Source: Cladosporium halotolerans
Taxonomy: Eukaryota
Assembly: GCF_011745625.1 (NCBI RefSeq)
Contig: NW_027191453.1
Coordinates: 868,001 to 932,000 of the forward strand
Length of the DNA stretch: 64,000 nucleotides
Direction of reading: 5' to 3'
Positions 22,940 to 34,500 of the stretch are shown here, one piece after another (position 1 is the first letter of the stretch; each line of letters begins with the position of its first letter). The position numbers and the translations under genes were made by a program. Under the pieces are notes generated by a model, which had not been told where the DNA came from, ran no database searches, and saw nothing but the letters and a program-made list of their open reading frames with translations.

Positions 22940-23210
22940 GTTGTACGTACGCTGTTACGAATGATAATGTACAGGGATGAAAAACGTGTGCCACATTGGC
23001 AGGAGATATTCATGAGTAGCCTTCAATGGGAGGCGTTAATATTCATAGAGCATTTATCGTAAATGGCGCCGCAGCACCGTATCCGCCTGATGGCAGTCTG
23101 AGGTACGCTCACAAAATTCCAAACTCCTGGTTTTCCCTTCGCTAGCCATCAATACACATAGAACACCCTCCCGTGCCGTAGCAGGGTAGAGCTCGGATTT
23201 ATTCCCCCGT

Positions 23211-23762
23211 TTACGCCTTCTTCTTGGGGCCCAGCATAGGGGCACCAATGTTGGAACCCGTCAGCCGCACGTTGGCGGCCTTTTGCAGCTTGAGCACGGC
23301 GTCCATGGCAGGGAAGTCGGCGCCGGTGCGCTCGAGGTCGGCGACGACCTTGACGTCGACGTTGGCTTTGGATGCGAGGTCCTTCTGAGTCATGGTGCCG
23401 CCCTTCTGGTTCTTGAGCTGGTTGCGAGCCTGCATGAGGGCTTTGGAGACTTCTTCGGGAACCTTCTTAGTGGCGACAGGGCCGTCCGCGCGGTCGACCT
23501 TGGTGAGGCGCTGGCCGCCGAGGTTTGCACTTGCGGCCTGTTGATATGTTGTTAGAGGCTGGTGAAATGATTGGAGGGGTTGGCGGGGCTGTCAGGCTGT
23601 ACTTACGTTTGCGGATGCGTACTTCTTGTCAGTGCTGAGGACGGCGCCGCTGCGCTGAGCAGCGTTGAGTGCGCTCTTGCCCTTGACAGTGGTCTCGCGG
23701 TCGGCCATGCCAGGTCCACGGACCTTGCTGCCGATCTTGGTGACGGTGTCCCACTCGCTCAT
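23211..23762 (-). CDS. MBF1: Multiprotein bridging factor 1
   Basis: Exon 1 [32 protein letters not shown]. Intron 23538-23606. Exon 2 GQRLTKVDR.., then [24 protein letters not shown]. Confidence 0.95.
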
Positions 23763-24159
23763 TTTGGAGGTGTTGTCGGGGTTGTTTGACTGAGAATTGG
23801 TTCCTCGGGTGGATTCAAAAAGCTTCGTGTCGGAGTAGTGGTATCAGCTGTTGGTGGTAGTGGTGTGGTGTGGAGTTCTTCAGCAAGGGCGCAGCAGAGT
23901 GAGAATATGATGTGTTCGGTTCTCGACTGTGGGGCGGGCGGCGTGAGTGATTGACGGCTGTGACGAAAGCGTTCACCGCGGCGGCGCTTCCAAGGGCTTC
24001 GATGGCGAAAATGGAAGCTCACTAAGCCTCCGTGCACGTGAGCGCCTCCCCTTCACGATCACCGTCCATGATCGATTGCTACAACATGTGATTCAGTTAC
24101 TAAGGTGGGTCATATACATCAGAAGCACTAGCCTCGTTTATTTAGCGGTTCATTTAGCA

Positions 24160-24737
24160 TTATCCAGCACCGGTGTGGCCGAGCCCTGCGGCTGTCATAT
24201 TGCCTCCGGCTGAGTCGCCTTCACCAAAGACACGCGATGGATCGACAGCTCTGGAAGAACCAAACTCAGACTGCAGGGCATCGATCACGGCGCTGTATTC
24301 ATCGAGCTGTGTTGGATACCTGAATTCAGGCGCGAGACGATAGTCCACTGCATAGATCTGAGCTCAGCTGTTCTCGGAAAGGAGGCGTATCTCAGTCCAT
24401 TCTCGAATTCATCGACAGATCCGACGGTATAGCCACCGCCATGGAAGTGGATCAAAGCAGCATCACTACCAGAGCTCCTGGAGGATTCAGGATACAGCAC
24501 ACGGATGGAAATAGTACCGTGTGGTCCTCGGATGGCAGTGAATTCGACTCTTCCAATCGGATTTACTCTGTCCTGTGGCAATGAGTGAATGCCAAAAACC
24601 TCCCGATGGTGCCTCCGCTCATCGTGAAAATCGCCTTCTTCCCCTAGGTGTAGATCTGGGTTGTCGTGAAGGAACTTCTTGATCTCAGGGGAGAGAGAAG
24701 TACGGCCCGCGACATGAGGGATATTCGGCATAGTCAT
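24160..24737 (-). pseudogene. Disrupted HSL-family alpha/beta hydrolase (esterase/lipase)
   Basis: HFHGGGY, VDYRLAPE and GDSAGG motifs present. Frameshift at ~24390 and in-frame TGA (RLLSENS*AQIYAVDY). Stop shortly after the nucleophile, so the catalytic Asp/His region is missing. Confidence 0.82.
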
Positions 24738-25891
24738 TCTTGGTGGAGACTGAGATACTCGAAATTTGAAATGCCTGTGGAGTTTCAAATACGTGGAGCT
24801 CTTCGCAGATGTATCAATATGATTATTCTCGTGCAAGTGTAATGACGTCGTGCTGCTGTGGTGAAAGACGTTCCGGGCGTTCGGAGAAGTCCAGATATGC
24901 GTCTAAAACAACATTTCTGCCAATACAGCTCTACAATTAGCAAACATCATGGGATCAATACAGTATGATTGCGTTGTGAGTGTAGCGAGACCAATCGTGA
25001 AGGCTGCTCACGGAGTGCAACAGCGAAGCGGCGCTATACTGCAAGTCTTTCCGCGTACAGTATCTAATATTTTGGAGCGACAAATGTTTAGGCTCTCACT
25101 GTGGAAAATCCCAGCCCTAAAAGTCGATGGGAGAAGGTAGCACGCAATGTACTCTTCAAGTTCCGGAGACGCGTAAAAGTCAACACAGGCTTTGAGATGT
25201 CATCATGTTCGCTTACTACGCTCTCTATCAGGTAATTTTGAACATGGGAGTTATCCCGCCAACCGCGAAATGCTTGATATTGTAAGCGTTGGATCTCATG
25301 TGAACCAGAACGGCGGGTGTGCCTACTGCCACACCACAGATGAGTTTCACTACCATGTACAAAGCTCGAGCTCCAGCCGCAAATCCTTCTAATAGATTCA
25401 TGATCAATTTTTCACACTCTTGTTTGCAACAAGGCTGTCCGAGATCAAAATAGAACCCTCGTGGCACAAAGTCCACCAATAGCTGAACAGCATGGCTGCC
25501 AAGGAGCATGGATGTTGCATGCATTGTCAGCGGTGCATGCATAAGCGATCCCATGTAGCTCTTTTTGGACCCCAAATATCACAGCCTTGCTATTCGAGTC
25601 AATATGATCAGAAGATACCGTTTGCAAGCGGATCGGATTCAGCAGATTGATGGCTAGGGCGGAATTCCTCAAGCCTCTTCTGTAGGATGGTATGTTTAGA
25701 AGAACGGGCTGGCTGACGTGCATTTGCTGCATGTTGGTTCAACATGATATCTCGAACGATAGTGGAGAGAGGATATGGGAAGATATAACTCGACCCATGA
25801 TACCCTGTCAAAGGATGGTTAGACTTTCAATTCAAAACCATACTACTTTCAATCAGCATTTTCTCACTCCGTTCACTGATCGTTCGACAAG

Positions 25892-26842
25892 ATGGTGCTT
25901 GGCTACAGCAATTTCTTCCATCTGCCGAAGGACGAATACCGTCAGGAACTCAAGAGACGTAATACCGCCGAGCTCCGCGGACTGGAGATTGGCAAGACTC
26001 GCGGTCGTATCTCCTCCAGTCTTACAACCGTCGGTGGCATATTCGCAGCACCCATAACAGCTGGCGGTAGCCTGATCGTTAGTGCTATCGGAGCACGCAA
26101 GGTCAAAGTAGCAGACGACAAACTCGGCATGATCCGTGACGAACTCAGTTCACGAGGCAAAAAGCTCCACAGCACGGACGCCAAAGACGTAGCGGTTGCA
26201 GGAGGCTCCTGGGCACTAGGAAACATCATTGCAGGCGGCTTGGTCGACGCCTCAATCGATGGCGCATTTGGTGGCGCTGCTGCCAGCAGCGCTGCGGAAG
26301 CTACGCAGGCCTTGGCCGGTGAGAGTGGTGTTTCTGGAGGCTTCATCAGTCAGGGCGCAGCTGTGCCAGCCATGACAGATCAGCTCCTTGCTGCGGTGTC
26401 CGATACCGCTGGACCAGGCGTGGGCCTTCTTGCTACCGACGTTGGTCAACAAGCCATCAGTGACCTGGGAGCCACAGCTCTTGGTAGTACAGGGGCTTTT
26501 GTTGTGAAAGAGGTGGTTGGAGATGTGATTGCTGAGGGCATCTCGAAGGTATACGCACAAGCGTTCGAGAGCGACAAATGCGGGAGAAACAGAGGTCCGC
26601 AGAACATCTCCTGCGATGTTTGCGGAGTGGGAATCTGGCGAGGCGATTTCATGCGTAAGTCTTCCACATGACCTGGCCCAATTGATGCTGACATTCGTGT
26701 AGACTGCTGCGCATGCAACGACGACGACTTTGACCTTTGCTCTGCCTGCTACAGCAAAGGGTACCGGTGCAGATGTCCTGTCACAGATCAACATATCCGC
26801 CAATTGCAGTTGGATAGGATAGCGGTAAAAAAGAATAATTAG
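25892..26842 (+). CDS. Hypothetical protein: Gly/Ala-rich hydrophobic N-terminal region plus C-terminal ZZ-type zinc finger
   Basis: Intron 26655-26702 (GTAAGT..CTGAC..TAG) joins CDVC..DFMH to CCACNDDDFDLCSACY. Stop TAG at 26840-26842. Confidence 0.8.
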
Positions 26843-26979
26843 GACGTCAGCATTTCCGTTCTTCTAAGTTCAGTGGAGTGATAGAGCATTCGGGGTCCGA
26901 AAGCGGCATAGGAAGGCAATTCTGGCGTTATTGTTTGCATTTGCACTAGATACCCTTCCTTCACGGACGTTATTTATTC

Positions 26980-29082
26980 TTACCACTTTTTAACAAAGCT
27001 GGCGTCCCTCTTGCTGAGCTCTACAGCGCTTCTCTTCCTCTTCTTAGCATCAGGGTTCACCTCGGCGGCCGTGATGTTGCCGCACTCAGGCGTCTTCAAT
27101 TGCTCGCCGAAGATGTCACCCATCCAAATCAGAACACCGTTTGACCAACCGAAACCTTCAACGACCTCATACTCGCCTCCACCACCAGCAGCGTTGGTGC
27201 TGTTGTCCGCGTACTTCTCAAACATGGTACCATTGGCCTCGGGATCCGCGCCCTCAAGCTGCGGGAGGTCCTCAGTGGAGCCACCAGTGACACGCCAAGT
27301 GCAGAAGGTCGAATCGATGTAGCGCTGGCTGAGGTTCAGGGCCAGCTCCTGGGTCCAGATGTACGAGGGATCGTCCTCGCCGAAGGTGGGCGGGGTGTTG
27401 AGGAGGCCGTTTGTGACGATGTACTGGAGCGGCGGCCACGCGTTAGGCTCATCCCACTGCTGGCCGGTCTGAAGGTTAGTGGCGGGAATGGTGCCAGCCT
27501 TGCGCATCAGTTGGTCAGCAACAGGCGCGTACGCACGTTGCACTGCATATGGGTTGTTCTTGAGCCATTCGGGCGCTGCGCCTGTCCAGAACGGGTAGAA
27601 CTGCGCAACATTGAACGAGAGCATTTGACCTTCCGGAGCACCGTCGCGCTCCTCCTCTGTGGAGTCCTCGTCGGCGATGATGTACACGTTACGTGCAGAA
27701 GATGTGAGGTTGTAGTCGAAGTAGCGAAAGTGTTCCTCGTCCCACATGAGAGCGGTCATGGCAGCGCTGCGGTCTTTAGCAAGCGATTCCCATGCCTCTG
27801 CAGCCGTTGAGTTGCCGGTCTGGTTGTAGAACTCCGCGATGACGATTTCGTTGTAGTAGAGAATCGAGTTGAGATCAACAGGAACGATGTTCTTGGTGTT
27901 GAGAGAGCGGAGAGGGAAGTACACGTCGTTCACAGCATCCGCCGGATTTCTCAACCAGCGAGAAGTGTAATCCCACCCTGACTCTGCACCAGAAGCTAGA
28001 TCGGAGTACAGTACAGCACGCTGGCTCTCGTTCAATGGTGTTCCGGGGTAAATAATGCCGCTCTCAGCGTAGTAGGACTCGTTGTTGGCCGTCACGTAAT
28101 CTTCGTAATAGCTCTCCGGACGCGGCTGGTTGTTGGAGACCTCGTAGTGATTCAACGTATAGGTCTCACCATCAACTTCAATATCGACTGTACGGTTGTT
28201 CATGAAAAACTGATGTTCCTTGACAAGGGTCGGCAAAGCCCGCTCGATAATGCTGGTGTCGTTGGTGTACTCGACGTAGTCGCGCACCATCTTTGTGAGG
28301 AGCTACCAGACGCTTCGTCAGCAGTATTTCTGGTCGTGCCAGGGAGAGATATGCTTACAGGAGGCTGGCTGCGGTTCTCGTAGTAGACTCTAGCGCCGTT
28401 GGGCATGAAACCGATGTCGTCGATGATATCCAGGAAGTTTTCGATGATATTTAACGCAATATCGGTAAACGAGCCTTCTGTACGTAATAGGCCCTCCAAG
28501 ATGAAAGCGCTGTCCCAGTAGTACGGCTCCCTGAAGCGCCCGCCAGCCACAACGAACGTCCGGTTGAGGGGGATGAAGGAACTGACACATCCGGTGCAAT
28601 TTCCGGCGCCCACGTACTGCCGAGTCAGGTCCGGCCAAATGCCAATGACCTGACTGATAAAGTCGCGTACGGTAGAGCTGTTGACATGCTCCAAGAACGT
28701 AGGATCAGTGGTGAGCTCGTCCGTAGGAACGGGCGCAATCTCAGAACCAGCTTCGCCAAAGTATTCGGACAGAAAGTTGTTTAGCTCAGTGTTGTTACTC
28801 AATGGTTTGGTCAGATTGTCGAAAGCCGCAATGACCTCTTCAAGAGGGCGTATGGTAGGACTGTATAGATTGATCAGAAACTGATTAAATGGATCGATGG
28901 TTGGGCTGGTGATCGTACAGATCGACGTAAAGCTTTGAGTCTTCAAACGGCCGAGCGAGCTCGATCTGCCGTAGGATCTCGCCCTGGCAATACAACGGCG
29001 AATCGCAAGGAGCGATCACAGATCCATTCTGATACAGTGCGGTTGCCAAAGGCAAGAAACATAGTATGGTGGAAGTCAACAT
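26980..29082 (-). CDS. Secreted GH37 alpha,alpha-trehalase
   Basis: Signal peptide. Motifs DSKLYVD, GGRFREPYYWDS, NRSQPP, PRPESY, AESGWDY, QWDEPNAWPP, GFGWSNG. Introns near 28861-28917 and 28291-28357. Confidence 0.95.
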
Positions 29083-29784
29083 CGTGCCAGTACGTGTTTC
29101 AAGTTCGCGTAAAAGCCGTGCGCTTCGGTCCTCCGCGATCGACCCAAACGAAACGTTCCACCCTCTGAAAATTCTGGGAACGCGCCATGCTTAAGAGCGC
29201 CCGTCAGCACCAAGTGAGGGTAAAGCCTGTGCCCGACCGTGTTGGTAGAAGGGCGCCCGCACGTGCGCCAAGTCGGCTGTGGTCTTGGGCTGAGGTGCCG
29301 TTCGGTGCCGCTTGCGTCACAGCCGACCAGACGATCCCCAAAAACTCCGCAGCGGATCCTCTTGGCCGCAACTCTCCTTCTGTGGGAGACTGGGGAAGGC
29401 CGAGAGTCGACCAATGGTGGAGGCCGGGTCCCTCGCATCGTTCCATGTTCGCCTGAGCAGAGGACTGTGCTGAGAAACCAGGCCGAAGATGCAGCATGGT
29501 GCCACCGCAGTAGCGGAGTCTCCACCCCAAACGCTTTGGTGCTTAGCTATTCAATGGACCGACGACATGGTATCGTGCACTGACTTTGTTGCTCGGTAGA
29601 TACCATGCTTCCCTGTCTTGGCATTCGCCTACCATTGCTCCCATAGGAAGGTAACGATAGAGGCAGGCGTCGAGCCTACGATAACCGAATCAGTAGGTTG
29701 GCCCTGAGGATCTATATGAAGCACGTAGACTCGTAGGTCTGATGATTCTCTAAGTTGCTCTTCAATTGTACTCTTAGGCGGACC

Positions 29785-30967
29785 ATGATGAAGTCAATCT
29801 TTGCTGGTGCCCTAATGGGCGGGCTTGTTCTCGGACAGACCAATTTCACTGGTGACATACTGCACGGATACCCAGTCATCTCCGCTCTTGACATTGCCGA
29901 TGTGCCGGCCAACACGATCTCTCGCTACTGGATTTCTGCAGCGCAGGCCCAAGGCGGACTGGACTACTTCGTTCCGGTTTTTGTTGCCCGCGGCACCAAC
30001 AGCTCCCTGACCACGGGCCGCAAGTTGTCGCTCTCAGCCTCGATTCATGGTGACGAACTCAATGGCATCCCGGTCGTGCAACGCGTGTTTGCCAGCATCA
30101 ATGAGACCGTGGCAAGCGGTGGTCTCAATGGCACCATCATAGGCGTCCCAACCATGAACCCCAATGGCAACATTCACAATCAGCCCAACTTCTATACCAG
30201 CTCCGACAATGGGTACTACAACAACCTCAACCGCCTGATGCCTGGCACGAGCGTCGAGGAAGGTGGCGACCTCGCAGATGCTTACGACTTTACCATTTGG
30301 AACAACCTCTGGGGCAATACCTCGAACGTGGATATTGCTGTAGATCTCCGTACGTTCGGAGCCCTTGAATTGAACCCGAACACCAAAGACTGACCTTCTT
30401 TCAGACACCCTTTCAATTGGATCTAATGGTCCATTCTGGGCCTATGCTGATTTCGCCCTGCCCGGCGTTCAGCGCCTGGCCGAGCTCGCTCAGCCCGACA
30501 TCATCAAGATCGACTCCGGTGAGCCAGGAAGTGTCGAGACCACTTGGGTCGGCCACAACGTGCCTGCCATCACCCTCGAGATCGGACCGGCGAAGATCTG
30601 GAACCGTACGCTCATCACGCGCGCCGAGAACTTCATCTACCGCCTGATGGACGACCTGTACATGGACACCACCAAGGCTGCAAACCGGACTGACCCGGTT
30701 GTTGTGGACCTGTCTGCTACTTACAAGGCGACGAACTTGACGAAGTTGCGGGCCATGCACAGCGGTTGGATAGAAATGGACTTAACCCCCCTGCAAGATG
30801 TGACGGAGGGAGAGGTCATTGGCAACATTTACAACTCTTGGGGAGATGTCTTGGAGGAGCTGACTGCACCAGCCACCGGCAAGGTCTTGACCGTGAACTT
30901 CGATCCGGCGGTCGAGAAGGGTGCAGGTGTGCTGGACATTGTCTACAACGCCACTTCTACAGAATAG
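29785..30967 (+). CDS. Secreted succinylglutamate desuccinylase/aspartoacylase-family (M14-like) Zn hydrolase
   Basis: Signal peptide. HGDELNG, NLNRLMPG, VDL|HT across intron 30350-30404, PAITLEIG, C-terminal barrel-sandwich-like segment. Confidence 0.88.
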
Positions 30968-31513
30968 ACAAGGGGATGTGTAGGGTTACGATTATGACCG
31001 ATGTCGCAAAAGGATCTAGTTCATCAGCATGAGACGTATATTAATCTTGTGCTTGGGATCTTCGTAACGTCAGATGACACACCTGCTTCCATTATCCGTC
31101 TTGCTTTCACCCCATGTCGTGGTTGATTCGAAGCAAACTTTTACAGCATAATAAAGCTTGAAATGGACGTCAGCCGAACAAGATGAGCGTATTCCTTGGT
31201 CTCTTTCGTACGTGAAAGATGTGACGACCTCCGACGGAAAACTAGTGCTCAATCGCGTCATTATCTAAGCTGTTGAATGTCTATGAAGAATTTTCATCGT
31301 ATCGCTTATGTTTTATCTTCCAACGACAGCGACGCGGTGTCGGCTGCTCATCATCAACTCTCTCGCGTCGAGCTGGCTTCGACAACGCAGATGCGAGAAC
31401 ATCAGTCGACTTGCGGGATTCCCAAAAACACGTCACATTTCATTACTTCCCGAAACCTTCCATTAGAAGGACCAGAGACAAAGACGCGTCAAGTTCAGAA
31501 CCAAGATAAAAAG

Positions 31514-32563
31514 ATGGCACCGCCGGCGGTAGGGAATCCCTCACCTCTGTCGTTGGTTACTCAATTGACCCGTGACCAGACGCCATCTCCTCATCGTTTC
31601 CTTTCCGGGACGCGTCGAGCAAAATCACCAGTCAAGTCTACAAAGACGCCATCTCGCCTCACTCAGAGTACAGGAGTGGCCGAGGAGGCCGCAGCAACTA
31701 CAACGCCACATCGCCAACAAGAACCGTCAGCATCCAACCCGCCTCCAACGCAATTCGCACCAACACCACGCTTCTCCCTGGGCAGACCGAAACCCGCCTC
31801 TACACAGACCGCGCCATCACCACCGCGCACGAACCTCGCACAAGCCCTCCGCCCTCCCCGCCCTCGCGAAGATGTCGAAGAAACCCACTCACCCGAAGCC
31901 GACTCTCCCCACGACGACGAAGAAATGCTCCTCACGACCGACCCCGACGAACTCATCCAGCCCTCAATAGAATCCGCACCTCACCTCCCTCCGCCAACCG
32001 ACCTCCCCTTCTCCCCGAAACGCCGCCGCCTCGAACCCACAAACCCGCCCTCGCCACTCCCGACCTCAGCAAGCACGAACCCACACCCGCGCTTCGCAGC
32101 GCCTTCGACATCGACCTCGACGCCCGCCCCGGCACCCACCACCCGCCCCTCCTTCCTCCGCCCTCCCACGCCTCCCCAGCCCGCGCCGCTCCCTCAGACT
32201 TTCTCCCCGCACCGTCGCGGCGCGGCGTTCGTCCCTGGTGGCGTGGCGGCGACGCTGCAGAGCTGGGTTGTGGAAGCGGGGCAGAGCGCGACGCAGTTTT
32301 CTGCTTTGAGATCGAGGGACGATGCGTGGGGGTTCAGGGTCAGAGTTGAGGTTTTAGAGGGGATGGAGGGGTGTGGGTGGAGAGTTCTGGGGCGGAGGGA
32401 TGGACGGGATCGGGATGGGGAGGTGGTGAGGTGTCTGTTGGTTGGGGAGGGGAAGGGGAGTTTGAGGGTTGGTGGGGTGGTGGGTGTTGGGGGTTTGGGG
32501 TGGAGGGTGGATGTTGATGGGGAGGGGGTGTGGTGGGTTGGAGTTGGGTGGGAGGCAGGATGA
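31514..32563 (+). CDS. Hypothetical Pro-rich protein with folded C-terminal beta-rich domain
   Basis: Long ORF (upstream in-frame ATG at 31277). Motif FSPHRRGAAFVPGGVAATLQSWV followed by a beta-strand-like tail. Confidence 0.65.
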   Translation: MAPPAVGNPSPLSLVTQLTRDQTPSPHRFLSGTRRAKSPVKSTKTPSRLTQSTGVAEEAAATTTPHRQQEPSASNPPPTQFAPTPRFSLGRPKPASTQTAPSPPRTNLAQALRPPRPREDVEETHSPEADSPHDDEEMLLTTDPDELIQPSIESAPHLPPPTDLPFSPKRRRLEPTNPPSPLPTSASTNPHPRFAAPSTSTSTPAPAPTTRPSFLRPPTPPQPAPLPQTFSPHRRGAAFVPGGVAATLQSWVVEAGQSATQFSALRSRDDAWGFRVRVEVLEGMEGCGWRVLGRRDGRDRDGEVVRCLLVGEGKGSLRVGGVVGVGGLGWRVDVDGEGVWWVGVGWEAG

Positions 32564-34500
32564 GTGTTTAGCTGATGGCTCGTTGCAGTAGTGTCGTGGA
32601 TGTCTACTGCTGTGTTCGCAGGTATCCAACGAGGAAGACGTGTTTCGATCAAACAGCCCGTGTACTCTTATATACTGTAGCATCAAGCGAGCTAGGAACG
32701 TAGGGTCCTTTGATGGTCTCCCACTCCTCCGCCGAAGACAAATGCTACGAGTAAGAAGCAACAGACCCTGGTCTTGAACGCACGTGTCTTGACTCTCGTG
32801 CTCTGCTTACGCCCTCAGGCGGCCTCAAACAGGGGTCGGGCATCAGAAGTATCGCAGCTACATATACAACGCTCACAACACAACCAATAGGCGCGCTCCG
32901 CGCCGCACAGAGAAGCAAAAAGCACAGAATACGATGACGCCGAGTATGCGTCGGTCCTCTGTAGCCGACATGAGACACGAGCGAATCAAACGGCCCCTCC
33001 TAATTTCGAGCTTTGCATGCTACTGCAGCAGGGTTTCGGGCTCGCGCAGGTCGTCGTGGCAGTCTGCCGGCAGCGTCAAAGAACGTGACTGGACCGACGC
33101 GGGCAGAGGTGGCTGGGCGAGTGCTCGCGTTCATGCACGCTGGCCTTTTTTTGACGATGTGGATGGCAAGCTTTGATCGGTCACATGTCGGCGGGTTCAA
33201 GGCCTTCGGGTGGGGACTTCTCTCACCATGTGATGGCGGTGGGCTAGCATAGACACTTTCAGGTCTCCTTCACTGTGATGAAGGAGCGGTGGGCGTTTGT
33301 GGGATCCTGGTCTTTGGGCCTCGCGAGCCCTGGCGCAACGATCTTGTGGATTACATGGCCAAGGCGGCCGTTCGAGCAGCGGCCGGATGTGCGGACGTGC
33401 TGCGTGCGTGCTACTACTGGGGTTGCTGTGCGGACAGGCGCGCCGTTTCGCATGCACGGGTGCAGTAGCAGCGAAGTAGGTTGGCCGCTGAGATGGCCGT
33501 TGGTGCATCCACGTGCCCTCGCTCGGCTCGGCCGCAGACGATGGCGCGGATGGCGTTGATGGCTGAAGAGGCGGCGGCACGAGGGCGACGGGCTGCTGGC
33601 GGGCGCCTGATGTGAGCGGGCGCGAGTGCTACATTGTTGTACTTATTGCAGGGGTGGTGGACGGGCGCAGACGGCCTCGACGGCGTGTGGTCCGGGCCGT
33701 GCTCGCGGTGGTGAGATGATCGCTGGCCACAGACTTCCGGCGGCGGTGGAGCGTCGTCCTGACGACTGCTGCCAACTACGTTATTGGCGTGGCGGGGGAG
33801 CCAGCGAGCCAGCGAGCCAGCTGCAGCGCGCGCGAGAGGCCCTCAGGCTGCCCGCGGCTTGGACCGCGCTGCGCTCTGCCGACGCCTGCTGTTATCGCCG
33901 CCCGAGGCCATGTTTCTCGCCCTCGCGAACAATTTGCTTGCCGCCCTCCGTCGTGCGAGTGTCTCGCCCTGCGCATCCTGTCGTCGCGCCACATCCCACA
34001 CCTGAAGACTACCCTCCCGCGAAGGTTGGCACGGCTCGCCCGGCCAGGCTACGCACCCGCGACACCACCGCCTGGCGACCTTGGAGCTGTCTCCACCGGG
34101 ACTCCCGCCCGGCCAGCGCTGCACTGCCATCATCCTTGCTGTTTCCCTCTGCCTGTTCGGCTAGAGACGCCAGCGCCGACCCTATTCACCACCACCGCCG
34201 CGAGATCCACCCTCTATTCTCCAGCGATCTCGTCAAGTCGACGACGCCTGGCCTGCGCCCGCACAGCACCGGACCGCCATTGCACGACTCGCACGACCCT
34301 GCAAACAGCCTCGATACGCTCCACCGCATCTTCAAGCGTTACCAGCCCCGGCCTCTCGTGCGACCTTCAATCGCCCGCACGCCCGCGCAGTCGTCGTTTG
34401 CGACAGTTTGCACGCGCAACATCACCACGACATTCTTCTTGACCATCGGGACATGTATCAACGCACATCGATTGCCCAAACGGAACAGTCCTAGGTTAGG

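Noticed and set aside
22937..23060. Cryptic peroxisomal targeting of PhyH by stop readthrough
   Set aside because: Stop context is not TGA-CTA and the extension does not end in a PTS1-like tripeptide.
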